Part shown: positions 39,901 through 55,100 of the stretch, one piece after another
How positions within the stretch are numbered: the stretch's first letter is position 1
Layout: each line of letters begins with the position of its first letter
Origin: Eledone cirrhosa
Taxonomy: Eukaryota
DNA: 64,000 nucleotides
Assembly: GCA_964016885.1 (NCBI GenBank)
Contig: OZ024745.1
Location: 65,162,001 to 65,226,000 of the forward strand
Direction: 5' to 3'
The notes under the pieces: generated by a model
The model's input: the letters and a program-made list of their open reading frames with translations, nothing else
The model's database searches: none
Told to the model about the DNA's origin: nothing
Position numbers and translations under genes: made by a program

Positions 39901-42900
39901 GTGATCCATTTTTTATTAGGGGGATCCATTTTTTATTTGGGTGATCCATTTTTATTTGTAGATCCATTTTTTATTTGGGTGATCCATTTTTTAATTGGAT
40001 GATCCATTTTTTATTTGGGGGATCCATTTTTTAATTGGGGGATCCATTATTTATTTGGGTGATCCATTTTTTATTTGGGTGATCCATTTTTTATTCGGGG
40101 GATCCATTTTTTATTTGGGTGATCCATTTTTTATTTGGGTGATCCATTTTTTAATTGGGGATCCATTTTTTATTTAGTTGATCCATTTTTTAATTGGGTG
40201 ATGCATTTTTTATTTGGGGGATCCATTTTTTATTTGGGGGATCCATTTTCTATTTGGGGGATCCATTGTTTATTTGGGTGATCCATTTTTTATTTGGGTG
40301 ATCCATTTTTTATTTGGGGGATCCATTTTGTATTTGGGTGATCCATTTTTTATTTGGGTGATCCATTTTTTATTTGGGTGATCCATTTTTTATTTGTGGG
40401 ATCCATTTTTTATTTGGGTGATCCATTTTTTATTTGAGGGATCCTTTTTTTATTTGGGTGATCCATTTTTTATTTGGGTGATGCATTTTTTATTTGGGGG
40501 ATCCATTTTTTATTTGGGTGATCCATTTTTTATTTGGGTGATCCATTTTTTATTTGGGGGATCCATTTTTTATTTGGGTGATCCATTTTTTATTTGGGGG
40601 ATCCATTTTTTATTTGGGGGATCCATTTTTTATTTGGGTGATCCATTTTTTATATGGGTGATCCATTTTTTATTTGGGGGGATCCATTTTTAATTTGGGT
40701 GATCCATTTTTTATTTGGGGGATCCATTTTTTATTTGGGTGATCCATTTTTTATTTGGGGGATCCATTTTTTATTTGGGTGATCCATTTTTTATTTGGGT
40801 GATCCATTTTTTAATTGGGTGATCCATTTTTTATTTGGGGGATCCATTTTTTATTTGGGTGATCCATTTTTTAGTTGGGTGGTCCATTTTTTATTTGGGT
40901 GATCCATTTTTTATTTGGGGGATCCATTTTTTATTTGGGTGATCCATTTTTTATTTGGGGATCCATTTTTTATTTGAGTGATCCATTTTTTATTTGGGTG
41001 ATCCATTTTTTATTTGGGGGATCCATTTTTTATTTGGGTGATTCATTTTTTAATTGGGGGGTCCATTTTTTATTTGGGGGATCCATTTTTATTTGGGTGA
41101 TCCATTTTTTATTTGGGGGATCCATTTTTTATTTGGGGGATCCATTTTTTATTTGGGTGATCCATTTTTATTTGGAGATCCATTTTGTATTTGGGTGATC
41201 CATTTTTAATTTGGGTGATCCATTTTTTATTTGGGGGATCCATTTTTTATTTGGGTGATCCATTTTTTATTTGGGTGATCCATTTTTTATTTGGGGATCC
41301 ATTTTTTATTTGGGTGATCCATCTTTTATTTGGGTGATCCATTTTTTATTTGGGGGATACATTTTTTATTTGGGTGCTCCATTTTTTATTTGGGGGGTCC
41401 ATTTTTTATTTGGGGGATCCATTTTTATTTGGGTGATCCATTTTTTATTTGGGGGATCCATTTTTTATTTGGGTGATCCCTTTTTTATTTGGGGGATCCA
41501 TTTTTTATTTGGGTGATCCTTTTTTTATTTGGGGGATCCATTTTTTATTTGGGGGATTCATTTTTTATTTGGGTGATCCATTTTTTATTAGGGGGATCCA
41601 TTTTTTATTTGGGTGATCCATTTTTATTTGGAGATCCATTTTTTATTTAGGTGATCCATTTTATAATTGGGTGATCCATTTTTTATTTGGGGGATCCATT
41701 TTTTATTTGGAGGATCCATTATTTATTTGGGTGATCCATTTTTTATTTGGGTGATCCATTTTTTATTTGGGTGATCCATTTTTTATTTGGGTTGATCCCT
41801 TTTTTATTTGGGGGATCCATTTTTTATTTGGGTGATCCATTTTTTATTTTGGGGATTCATTTTTTATTTGGGTGATCCATTTTTTATTTGGGTGATCCAT
41901 TTTTTATTTGGGTGATCCATTTTTTATTTGGGTGATCCATTTTTTATTTGGGTGATCCATTTTTTATTTGAGGGACCCATTTTATATTTGGGTGATCCAT
42001 TTTTTATTTGGGTGATCCATTTTTTATTTGGGGGATCCCTTTTTTATTTGGGGGATCCATTTTTTATTTGGGGGATCCATTTTTTATTTGGGGGATCCAT
42101 TTTTTATTTCGGGGATCCATTTTTTATTTGGGTGATTCATTTTTTATTTGGGGGATCCATTTTTTATTTGGGTGATCCATTTTTTTTATTTGGGGGTCCA
42201 TTTTTTATTTGGGTGATCCATTTTTTATTTGGGTGATCCATTTTTTAATTGGGTGATCCATTTTTATTTGGGTGATCCATTTTTTACTTGGGGGATCCAT
42301 TTTTTATTTGGGTGATCCATTTTTTATTTTGCTGATTCATTTTTTATTTGGGTGATTCATTTTTTATTTGGGGGATCCATTTTTTATTTGGGTGAACCAT
42401 TTTTTATTTGGGGGGATCCATTTTTTATTTGGGTGATCCATTTTTTATTTGGGTGATCCATTTTTTATTTGGGGGATCCATTTTTTATTTGGGTGATCCA
42501 TTTTTTATTTGGGGGATCCATTTTTTATTTGGGGGATTCATTTTTTATTTGGGTGATCCATTTTTTATTAGGGGGATCCATTTTTTATTTGGGTGATCCA
42601 TTTTTATTTGGAGATCCATTTTTTATTTAGGTGATCCATTTTATAATTGGGTGATCCATTTTTTATTTGGGGGATCCATTTTTTATTTGGAGGATCCATT
42701 ATTTATTTGGGTGATCCATTTTTTATTTGGGTGATCCATTTTTTATTTGGGTGATTCATTTTTTATTTGGGGGATCCATTTTTTATTTGGGGGGTCCATT
42801 TTTTATTTGGGGGATCCATTTTTATTTGGGTGATCCATTTTATATTTGGGGGATCCATTTTTTATTTGGGTGATCCATTTTTTATTTGGGTTGATCCCTT

Positions 42901-45900
42901 TTTTATTTGGGGGATCCATTTTTTATTTGGGTGATCCATTTTTTATTTGGAGGATCCACTTTTTATTTGGGTGATCCATTTTTTATTTGAGGGATCCATT
43001 TTATATTTGGGTGATCCATTTTTTATTTGGGGGATCCATTATTTATTTGGGTGATCCATTTTTTATTTGGGTGATTCATTTTTTATTTGGGTGATCCATT
43101 TTTTATTTGGGGGATCCATTTTTTATTTGGGGGATCCATTTTTATTTGGGTGATCCATTTTATATTTGGGGGATCCATTTTTTATTTGGGTGATCCATTT
43201 TTTATTTGGGTTGATCCCTTTTTTATTTGGGGGATCCATTTTTTATTTGGGTGATCCATTTTTTATTTGGAGGATCCACTTTTTATTTGGGTGATCCATT
43301 TTTTATTTGAGGGATCCATTTTATATTTGGGTGATCCATTTTTTATTTGGGGGATCCATTATTTATTTGGGTGATCCATTTTTTATTTGGGTGATTCATT
43401 TTTTATTTGGGTGATCCATTTTTTATTTGGGTGATCCATTTTTTATTTGGGGGATACATTTTTTATTTGGGTGATCCATTTTTTATTTGGGGGGGTCCAT
43501 TTTTTATTTGGGGGATCCATTTTTATTTGGGTGATCCATTTTTTATTTGGGGGATCCATTTTTTATTTGGGTGATCCCTTTTTTATTTGGGGGATCCATT
43601 TTTTATTTGGGTGATCCATTTTTTATTTGGGGGATCCATTTTTTATTTGGGTGATCCATTTTTTATTTGGGGGATCCATTTTTTATTTGGGTGATCCATT
43701 TTTTATTTGGGGGATCCATTTTTTATTTCGGGGATCCATTTTATATTTGGGTGATTCATTTTTTATTTGGGGGATCCATTTTTTATTTTGGGTGATCCAT
43801 TTTTTATTAGGGGGATCCATTTTTTATTTGGGTGATCCATTTTTATTTGTAGATCCATTTTTTATTTGGGTGATCCATTTTTTAATTGGATGATCCATTT
43901 TTTATTTGGGGGATCCATTTTTTATTTGGGGGATCCATTATTTATTTGGGTGATCCATTTTTTATTTGGGTGATCCATTTTTTATTCGGGGGATCCATTT
44001 TTTATTTGGGTGATCCATTTTTTATTTGGGTGATCCATTTTTTAATTGGGGATCCATTTTTTATTTAGTTGATCCATTTTTTAATTGGGTGATGCATTTT
44101 TTATTTGGGGGATCCATTTTTTATTTGGGGGATCCATTTTTTATTTGGGGGATCCATTGTTTATTTGGGTGATCCATTTTTTATTTGGGTGATCCATTTT
44201 TTATTTGGGGGATCCATTTTGTATTTGGGTGATCCATTTTTTATTTGGGTGATCCATTTTTTATTTGGGTGATCCATTTTTTATTTGTGGGATCCATTTT
44301 TTATTTGGGTGATCCATTTTTTATTTGGGGGATCCTTTTTTTATTTGGGTGATCCATTTTTTATTTGGGTGATCCATTTTTTATTTGGGGGATCCATTTT
44401 TTATTTGGGTGATCCATTTTTTATTTGGGTGATCCATTTTTTATTTGGGGGATCCATTTTTTATTTGGGTGATCCATTTTTTATTTGGGGGATCCATTTT
44501 TTATTTGGGGGATCCATTTTTTATTTGGGTGATCCATTTTTTATATGGGTGATCCATTTTTTATTTGGGGGGATCCATTTTTAATTTGGGTGATCCTTTT
44601 TTTATTTGGGGGATCCATTTTTTATTTGGGTGATCCATTTTTTATTTGGGGGATCCATTTTTTATTTGGGTGATCCATTTTTTATTTGGGTGATCCATTT
44701 TTTAATTGGGTGATCCATTTTTTATTTGGGGGATCCATTTTTTATTTGGGTGATCCATTTTTTAGTTGGGTGGTCCATTTTTTATTTGGGTGATCCATTT
44801 TTTATTTGGGGGATCCATTTTTTATTTGGGTGATCCATTTTTTATTTGGGGATCCATTTTTTATTTGGGTGATCCATTTTTTATTTGGGTGATCCATTTT
44901 TTATTTGGGGGGTCCATTTTTTATTTGGGTGATTCATTTTTTAATTGGGGGGTCCATTTTTTATTTGGGGGATCCATTTTTATTTGGGTGATCCATTTTT
45001 TATTTGGGGGATCCATTTTTTATTTGGGTGATCCATTTTTTATTTGGGTTGATCCCTTTTTTATTTGGGGGATCCATTTTTTATTTGGGTGATCCATTTT
45101 TTATTTGGGGGATCCATTTTTTATTTGGGTGATCCATTTTTTATTTGAGGGATCCATTTTATATTTGGGTGATCCATTTTTTATTTGGGGGATCCATTAT
45201 TTATTTGGGTGATCCATTTTTTATTTGGGTGATCCATTTTTTATTTGGGTGATCCATTTTTTATTTGGGTGATCCATTTTTTATTTGGGGATCCATTTTT
45301 TATTTGGGTGATCCATTTTTTATTTGGGTGATCCATTTTTTATTTGGGGGATCCATTTTTTATTTGGGTGATCCATTTTTTATTTGGGGATCCATTTTTT
45401 ATTTGGGTGATCCATTTTTTATTTGGGTGATCCATTTTTTATTTGGGGGATCCATTTTTTATTTGGGTGATCCATTTTTTATTTGGGGGTCCATTTTTTA
45501 TTTGGGGGATCCATTTTTATTTGGGTGATCCATTTTTTATTTGGGGGATCCATTTTTTATTTGAGTGATCCATTTTTTATTTGGGTTGATCCCTTTTTTA
45601 TTTGGGGGATCCATTTTTTATTTGGGTGATCCATTTTTTATTTGGGGGATCCATTTTTTATTTGGGGGATCCATTTTTTATTTGGTTGATCCATTTTTTA
45701 TTAGGGGGATCCATATTTTATTTGGGTGATCCATTTTAATTTGGAGATCCATTTTTTGTTTAGGTGATCCATTTTATAATTGGGTGATCCATTTTTTATT
45801 TGGGGGATCCATTTTTTATTTGGGGGATCCATTATTTATTTGGGTGATCCATTTTTTATTTGGGTGATCCATTTTTTATTTGGGTGATCCATTTTTTATT

Positions 45901-48900
45901 TGGGTGATCCATTTTTTATTTGGGTGATCCATTTTTTATTTGGGGGATCCATTTTTTATTTGGGTGATCCATTTTTTATTTGGGTGATCCATTTTTTATT
46001 TGAGTGATCCATTTTATATTTGGGTGATCCATTTTTTATATGGGTGATCCATTTTTTATTTGGGGGATCCATTTTTTATTTGGGGGATCCATTTTTTATT
46101 TGGGGGATCCATTTTTTATTTGGGGGATCCATTTTTTATTTCGGGGATCCATTTTTTATTTGGGTGATTCATTTTTTATTTGGGGGATCCATTTTTTATT
46201 TGGGTAATCCATTTTTTTTATTTGGGGGTCCATTTTTTATTTGGGTGATCCATTTTTTATTTGGATGATCCATTTTTTAATTGGGTGATCCATTTTTATT
46301 TGGGTGATCCATTTTTTACTTGGGGGATCCATTTTTTATTTGGGTGATCCATTTTTTATTTTGCTGATTCATTTTTTATTTGGGTGATCCATTTTTTATT
46401 TGGGGGATCCATTTTTTATTTGGGTGAACCATTTTTTATTTGGGAGATCCATTTTTTATTTGGGTGATCCATTTTTTATTTGGGTGATCCATTTTTTATT
46501 TGGGGGATCCATTTTTTATTTGGGTGATCCATTTTTTATTTGGGTGATCCATTTTTTATTTGGGGGATCCATTTTTTATTTGGGGGATCCATTTTTTATT
46601 TGGGTGATCCATTTTTATTTGGAGATCCATTTTGTATTTGGGTGATCCATTTTTTAATTGGGTGATCCATTTTTTATTTGGGTGATCCATTTTTTATTTG
46701 GGTGGTCCATTTTTTATTTGGGTGATCCATTTTTTATTTGGGGGATCGATTTTTTATTTGGGTGATCCATTTTTTATTTGGGGATCCATTTTTTATTTGG
46801 GTGATCCATTTTTTATTTGGGTGATCCATTTTTTATTTGGGGGATCCATTATTTATTTGGGTGATCCATTTTTTATTTGGGTGATCCATTTTTTATTTGG
46901 GGGATCCATTTTTTATTTGGGTGATCCATTTTTTATTTGGGTGATCCATTTTTTATTTGGGGGATCCATTTTTTATTTGGGGGATCCATTTTTTATTTGG
47001 GTGATCCATTTTTATTTGGAGATCCATTTTGTATTTGGGTGATCCATTTTTAATTTGGGTGATCCATTTTTTATTTGGGGGATCCATTTTTTATTTGGGT
47101 GATCCATTTTTTATTTGGGTGATCCATTTTTTATTTGGGGATCCATTTTTTATTTGGGTGATCCATTTTTTATTTGGGTGATCCATTTTTTATTTGGGGG
47201 ATACATTTTTTATTTGGGTGCTCCATTTTTTATTTGGGGGGTCCATTTTTTATTTGGGGGATCCATTTTTATTTGGGTGATCCATTTTTTATTTGGGGGA
47301 TCCATTTTTTATTTGGGTGATCCCTTTTTTATTTGGGGGATCCATTTTTTATTTGGGTGATCCTTTTTTTATTTGGGGGATCCATTTTTTATTTGGGGGA
47401 TTCATTTTTTATTTGGGTGATCCATTTTTTATTAGGGGGATCCATTTTTTATTTGGGTGATCCATTTTTATTTGGAGATCCATTTTTTATTTAGGTGATC
47501 CATTTTATAATTGGGTGATCCATTTTTTATTTGGGGGATCCATTTTTTATTTGGAGGATCCATTATTTATTTGGGTGATCCATTTTTTATTTGGGTGATC
47601 CATTTTTTATTTGGGTGATCCATTTTTTATTTGGGTTGATCCCTTTTTTATTTGGGGGATCCATTTTTTATTTGGGTGATCCATTTTTTATTTTGGGGAT
47701 TCATTTTTTATTTGGGTGATCCATTTTTTATTTGGGTGATCCATTTTTTATTTGGGTGATCCATTTTTTATTTGGGTGATCCATTTTTTATTTGGGTGAT
47801 CCATTTTTTATTTGAGGGACCCATTTTATATTTGGGTGATCCATTTTTTATTTGGGTGATCCATTTTTTATTTGGGGGATCCCTTTTTTATTTGGGGGAT
47901 CCATTTTTTATTTGGGGGATCCATTTTTTATTTGGGGGATCCATTTTTTATTTCGGGGATCCATTTTTTATTTGGGTGATTCATTTTTTATTTGGGGGAT
48001 CCATTTTTCATTTGGGTGATCCATTTTTTTTATTTGGGGGTCCATTTTTTATTTGGGTGATCCATTTTTTATTTGGGTGATCCATTTTTTAATTGGGTGA
48101 TCCATTTTTATTTGGGTGATCCATTTTTTACTTGGGGGATCCATTTTTTATTTGGGTGATCCATTTTTTATTTTGCTGATTCATTTTTTATTTGGGTGAA
48201 CCATTTTTTATTTGGGGGGATCCATTTTTTATTTGGGTGATCCATTTTTTATTTGGGTGATCCATTTTTTATTTGGGGGATCCATTTTTTATTTGGGTGA
48301 TCCATTTTTTATTTGGGGGATCCATTTTTTATTTGGGGGATTCATTTTTTATTTGGGTGATCCATTTTTTATTAGGGGGATCCATTTTTTATTTGGGTGA
48401 TCCATTTTTATTTGGAGATCCATTTTTTATTTAGGTGATCCATTTTATAATTGGGTGATCCATTTTTTATTTGGGGGATCCATTTTTTATTTGGAGGATC
48501 CATTATTTATTTGGGTGATCCATTTTTTATTTGGGTGATCCATTTTTTATTTGGGTGATTCATTTTTTATTTGGGGGATCCATTTTTTATTTGGGTGATC
48601 CATTTTTTTTATTTGGGGGTCCATTTTTTATTTGGGTGATCCATTTTTTATTTGGGTGATCCATTTTTTAATTGGGTGATCCATTTTTATTTGGGTGATC
48701 CATTTTTTACTTGGGGGATCCATTTTTTATTTGGGTGATCCATTTTTTATTTTGCTGATTCATTTTTTATTTGGGTGATCCATTTTTTATTTGGGGGATC
48801 CATTTTTTATTTGGGTGAACCATTTTTATTTGGGGGATCCATTTTTTATTTGGGTGATCCATTTTTTATTTGGGTGATCCATTTTTTATTTGGGGGATCC

Positions 48901-50479
48901 ATTTTTTATTTGGGTGATCCATTTTTTATTTGGGTGATCCATTTTTTATTTGGGGGATCCATTTTTTATTTGGGGGATCCATTTTTTATTTGGGTGATCC
49001 ATTTTTATTTGGAGATCCATTTTGTATTTGGGTGATCCATTTTGTATTTGGGGGATCCATTTTTTAATTGGGTGATCCATTTTTTATTTGGGGGATCCAT
49101 TTTTTATTTGGGAGATCCATTTTTTATTTGGGGGATCCATTGTTTATTTGGGTGATCCATTTTTTATTTGGGTGATCCATTTTTTATTTGGGGGATCCAT
49201 TTTTTATTTGGGTGATCCATTTTTTATTTGGGTGATCCATTTTTTATTTGGGTGATCCATTTTTTATTTGTGGGATCCATTTTTTATTTGGGTGATCCAT
49301 TTTTTATTTGGGGGATCCTTTTTTTATTTGGGTGATCCATTTTTTATTTGGGTGATCCATTTTTTATTTGGGGGATCCATTTTTTATTTGGGTGATCCAT
49401 TTTTTATTTGCGTGATACATTTTTTATTTGGGGGATCCATTTTTTATTTGGGTGATCCATTTTTTATTTGGGGGATCCATTTTTTATTTGGGGGATCCAT
49501 TTTTTATTTGGGTGATCCATTTTTTATTTGGGTGATCCATTTTTTATTTGGGGGGATCCATTTTTTATTTGGGTGATCCATTTTTTGTTTGGGGGATCCA
49601 TTTTTTATTTGGGTGATCCATTTTTTATTTGGGGGATCCATTTTTTATTTGGGTGATCCATTTTTTATTTGGGTGATCCATTTTTTAATTGGGTGATCCA
49701 TTTTTTATTTGGGGGATGCATTTTTTATTTGGGTGATCCATTTTTTAGTTGGGTGGTCCATTTTTTATTTGGGTGATCCATTCTTTTTTTGGGGGATCCA
49801 TTTTTTATTTGGGTGATCCATTTTTTATTTGGGGATCCATTTTTTATTTGGGTGATCCATTTTTTATTTGGGTGATCCATTTTTTATTTGGGGGATCCAT
49901 TTTTTATTTGGGTGATTCATTTTTTATTTGGGGGGTCCATTTTTTATTTGGGGGATCCATTTTTATTTGGGTGATCCATTTTTTATTTGGGGGATCCATT
50001 TTTTATTTGGGTGATCCATTTTTTATTTGGGTTGATCCCTTTTTTATTTGGGGGATCCATTTTTTATTTGGGTGATCCATTTTTTATTTGGAGGATCCAC
50101 TTTTTATTTGGGTGATCCATTTTTTATTTGAGGGATCCATTTTATATTTGGGTGATCCATTTTTTATTTGGGGGATCCATTATTTATTTGGGTGATCCAT
50201 TTTTTATTTGGGTGATCCATTTTTTATTTGGGTGATCCATTTTTTATTTGGGTGATCCATTTTTTATTTGGGGGATCCATTTTTTATTTGGGTGATCCAT
50301 TTTTTATTTGGGTGATCCATTTTTTATTTGGGGGATCCATTTTTTATTTGGGTGATCCATTTTTTATTTGGGGGATCCATTTTTTATTTGGGGGATCCAT
50401 TTTTTATTTGGGTGATCCATTTTTTATATGGGTGATCCATTTTTTATTTGGGGGGATCCATTTTTAATTTGGGTGATCC

Positions 50480-53400
50480 ATTTTTTATTTGGGGGATCCA
50501 TTTTTTATTTGGGTGATCCATTTTTTATTTGGGGGATCCATTTTTTATTTGGGTGATCCATTTTTTATTTGGGTGATCAATTTTTTAATTGGGTGATCCA
50601 TTTTTTATTTGGGGGATCCATTTTTTATTTGGGTGATCCATTTTTTAGTTGGGTGGTCCATTTTTTATTTGGGTGATCCATTTTTTATTTGGGGGATCCA
50701 TTTTTTATTTGGGTGATCCATTTTTTATTTGGGTGATCCATTTTTTATTTGGGGGATCCATTTTTTATTTGGGTGATCCATTTTTTATTTGGGGATCCAT
50801 TTTTTGTTTGGGTGATCCATTTTTTATTTGGGTGATCCATTTTTTATTTGGGGGATCCATTTTTTATTTGGGTGATCCATTTTTTATTTGGGGGTCCATT
50901 TTTTATTTGGGGGATCCATTTTTATTTGGGTGATCCATTTTTTATTTGGGGGATCCATTTTTTATTTGGGTGATCCATTTTTTATTTGGGTTGATCCCTT
51001 TTTTATTTGGGGGATCCATTTTTTATTTGGGTGATCCATTTTTTATTTGGGGGATCCATTTTTTATTTGGGGGATCCATTTTTTATTTGGTTGATCCATT
51101 TTTTATTAGGGGGATCCATTTTTTATTTGGGTGATCCATTTTAATTTGGAGATCCATTTTTTGTTTAGGTGATCCATTTTATAATTGGGTGATCCATTTT
51201 TTATTTGGGGGATCCATTTTTTATTTGGGGGATCCATTTTTTATTTGGGTGATCCATTTTTTATTTTGCTGATTCATTTTTTATTTGGGTGATCCATTTT
51301 TTATTTGGGGGATCCATTTTTTATTTGGGTGAACCATTTTTTATTTGGGAGATCCATTTTTTATTTGGGTGATCCATTTTTTATTTGGGTGATCCATTTT
51401 TTATTTGGGGGATCCATTTTTTATTTGGGTGATCCATTTTTTATTTGGGTGATCCATTTTTTATTTGGGGGATCCATTTTTTATTTGGGGGATCCATTTT
51501 TTATTTGGGGGATCCATTTTTTATTTGGTTGATCCATTTTTATTTGGAGATCCATTTTGTATTTGGGTGATCCATTTTTTAATTGGGTGATCCATTTTTT
51601 ATTTGGGTGATCCATTTTTTATTTGGGGGATCCATTTTTTATTTGGGTGATCCATTTTTTATTTGGGTGGTCCATTTTTTATTTGGGTGATTCATTTTTT
51701 ATTTGGGGGATCCATTTTTTATTTGGGTGATCCATTTTTTATTTGGGGATCCATTTTTTATTTGGGTGATCCATTTTTTATTTGGGTGATCCATTTTTTA
51801 TTTGGGGGATACATTTTTTATTTGGGTGATCCATTTTTTATTTGGGGGGGTCCATTTTTTATTTGGGGGATCCATTTTTTATTTGGGTGATCCATTTTTT
51901 ATTTGGGGGATCCATTTTTTATTTGGGGGATTCATTTTTTATTTGGGTGATCCATTTTTTATTAGGGGGATCCATTTTTTATTTGGGTGATCCATTTTTA
52001 TTTGGGTGATCCATTTTTTAATTGGATGATCCATTTTTTATTTGGGGGATCCATTTTTTAATTGGGGGATCCATTATTTATTTGGGTGATCCATTTTTTA
52101 TTTGGGTGATCCATTTTTTATTCGGGGGATCCATTTTTTATTTGGGTGATCCATTTTTTATTTGGGTGATCCATTTTTTAATTGGGGATCCATTTTTTAT
52201 TTAGTTGATCCATTTTTTAATTGGGTGATGCATTTTTTATTTGGGGGATCCATTTTTTATTTGGGGGATCCATTTTTTATTTGGGGGATCCATTGTTTAT
52301 TTGGGTGATCCATTTTTTATTTGGGTGATCCATTTTTTATTTGGGGGATCCATTTTGTATTTGGGTGATCCATTTTTTATTTGGGTGATCCATTTTTTAT
52401 TTGGGTGATCCATTTTTTATTTGTGGGATCCATTTTTTATTTGGGTGATCCATTTTTTATTTGAGGGATCCTTTTTTTATTTGGGTGATCCATTTTTTAT
52501 TTGGGTGATGCATTTTTTATTTGGGGGATCCATTTTTTATTTGGGTGATCCATTTTTTATTTGGGTGATCCATTTTTTATTTGGGGGATCCATTTTTTAT
52601 TTGGGTGATCCATTTTTTATTTGGGGGATCCATTTTTTATTTGGGTGATCCATTTTTTATTTGGGGGATCCATTTTTTATTTGGGTGATCCATTTTTTAT
52701 TTGGGTGATCAATTTTTTAATTGGGTGATCCATTTTTTATTTGGGGGATCCATTTTTTATTTGGGTGATCCATTTTTTAGTTGGGTGGTCCATTTTTTAT
52801 TTGGGTGATCCATTTTTTATTTGGGGGATCCATTTTTTATTTGGGTGATCCATTTTTTATTTGGGTGATCCATTTTTTATTTGGGTGATCCATTTTTTAT
52901 TTGGGGGATCCATTTTTTATTTGGGTGATCCATTTTTTATTTGGGGGTCCATTTTTTATTTGGGGGATCCATTTTTATTTGGGTGATCCATTTTTTATTT
53001 GGGGGATCCATTTTTTATTTGGGTGATCCATTTTTTATTTGGGTTGATCCCTTTTTTATTTGGGGGATCCATTTTTTATTTGGGTGATCCATTTTTTATT
53101 TGGGGGATCCATTTTTTATTTGGGGGATCCATTTTTTATTTGGTTGATCCATTTTTTATTAGGGGGATCCATTTTTTATTTGGGTGATCAATTTTAATTT
53201 GGAGATCCATTTTTTGTTTAGGTGATCCATTTTATAATTGGGTGATCCATTTTTTATTTGGGGGATCCATTTTTTATTTGGGGGATCCATTTTTTATTTG
53301 GGTGATCCATTTTTTATTTTGCTGATTCATTTTTTATTTGGGTGATCCATTTTTTATTTGGGGGATCCATTTTTTATTTGGGTGAACCATTTTTTATTTG

Positions 53401-55100
53401 GGAGATCCATTTTTTATTTGGGTGATCCATTTTTTATTTGGGTGATCCATTTTTTATTTGGGGGATCCATTTTTTATTTGGGTGATCCATTTTTTATTTG
53501 GGTGATCCATTTTTTATTTGGGGGATCCATTTTTTATTTGGGGGATCCATTTTTTATTTGGGGGATCCATTTTTTATTTGGGTGATCCATTTTTATTTGG
53601 AGATCCATTTTGTATTTGGGTGATCCATTTTTTAATTGGGTGATCCATTTTTTATTTGGGTGATCCATTTTTTATTTGGGGGATCCATTTTTTATTTGGG
53701 TGATCCATTTTTTATTTGGGTGGTCCATTTTTTATTTGGGTGATTCATTTTTTATTTGGGGGATCCATTTTTTATTTGGGTGATCCATTTTTTATTTGGG
53801 GATCCATTTTTTATTTGGGTGATCCATTTTTTATTTGGGTGATCCATTTTTTATTTGGGGGATACATTTTTTATTTGGGTGATCCATTTTTTATTTGGGG
53901 GGGTCCATTTTTTATTTGGGGGATCCATTTTTTATTTGGGTGATCCATTTTTTATTTGGGGGATCCATTTTTTATTTGGGGGATTCATTTTTTATTTGGG
54001 TGATCCATTTTTTATTAGGGGGATCCATTTTTTATTTGGGTGATCCATTTTTATTTGGAGATCCATTTTTTATTTAGGTGATCCATTTTATAATTGGGTG
54101 ATCCATTTTTTATTTGGGGGATCCATTTTTTATTTGGGGGATCCATTATTTATTTGGGTGATCCATTTTTTATTTGGGTGATCCATTTTTTATTTGGGTG
54201 ATCCATTTTTTATTTGGGTGATCCATTTTTTATTTGGGGGATCCATTTTTTATTTGGGTGATCCATTTTTTATTTGGGGGATCCATTTTTTATTTGGGTG
54301 ATCCATTTTTTATTTGGGGGATCCATTTTTTATTTCGGGGATCCATTTTTTATTTGGGTGATTCATTTTTTATTTGGGGGATCCATTTTTTATTTTAGGT
54401 GATCCATTTTTTATTAGGGGGATCCATTTTTTATTTGGGTGATCCATTTTTATTTGTAGATCCATTTTTTATTTGGGTGATCCATTTTTTAATTGGATGA
54501 TCCATTTTTTATTTGGGGGATCCATTTTTTAATTGGGGGATCCATTATTTATTTGGGTGATCCATTTTTTATTTGGGTGATCCATTTTTTATTCGGGGGA
54601 TCCATTTTTTATTTGGGTGATCCATTTTTTATTTGGGTGATCCATTTTTTAATTGGGGATCCATTTTTTATTTTGTTGATCCATTTTTTAATTGGGTGAT
54701 GCATTTTTTATTTGGGGGATCCATTTTTTATTTGGGGGATCCATTTTTTATTTGGGGGATCCATTGTTTATTTGGGTGATCCATTTTTTATTTGGGTGAT
54801 CCATTTTTTATTTGGGGGATCCATTTTGTATTTGGGTGATCCATTTTTTATTTGGGTGATCCATTTTTTATTTGGGTGATCCATTTTTTATTTGTGGGAT
54901 CCATTTTTTATTTGGGTGATCCATTTTTTATTTGAGGGATCCTTTTTTTATTTGGGTGATCCATTTTTTATTTGGGTGATGCATTTTTTATTTGGGGGAT
55001 CCATTTTTTATTTGGGTGATCCATTTTTTATTTGGGTGATCCATTTTTTATTTGGGGGATCCATTTTTTATTTGGGTGATCCATTTTTTATTTGGGGGAT
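50480..55100 (+). repeat. Tandem duplication of a ~2.5-kb block (observed offsets 2,053-2,471 bp because of internal deletions)
   Basis: ORF pairs 50946/52999, 51305/53358 and 51663/53716 (offset 2053), and 52022/54493 and 52421/54892 (offset 2471). GATCAA occurs at 50575/52707. Confidence 0.83.
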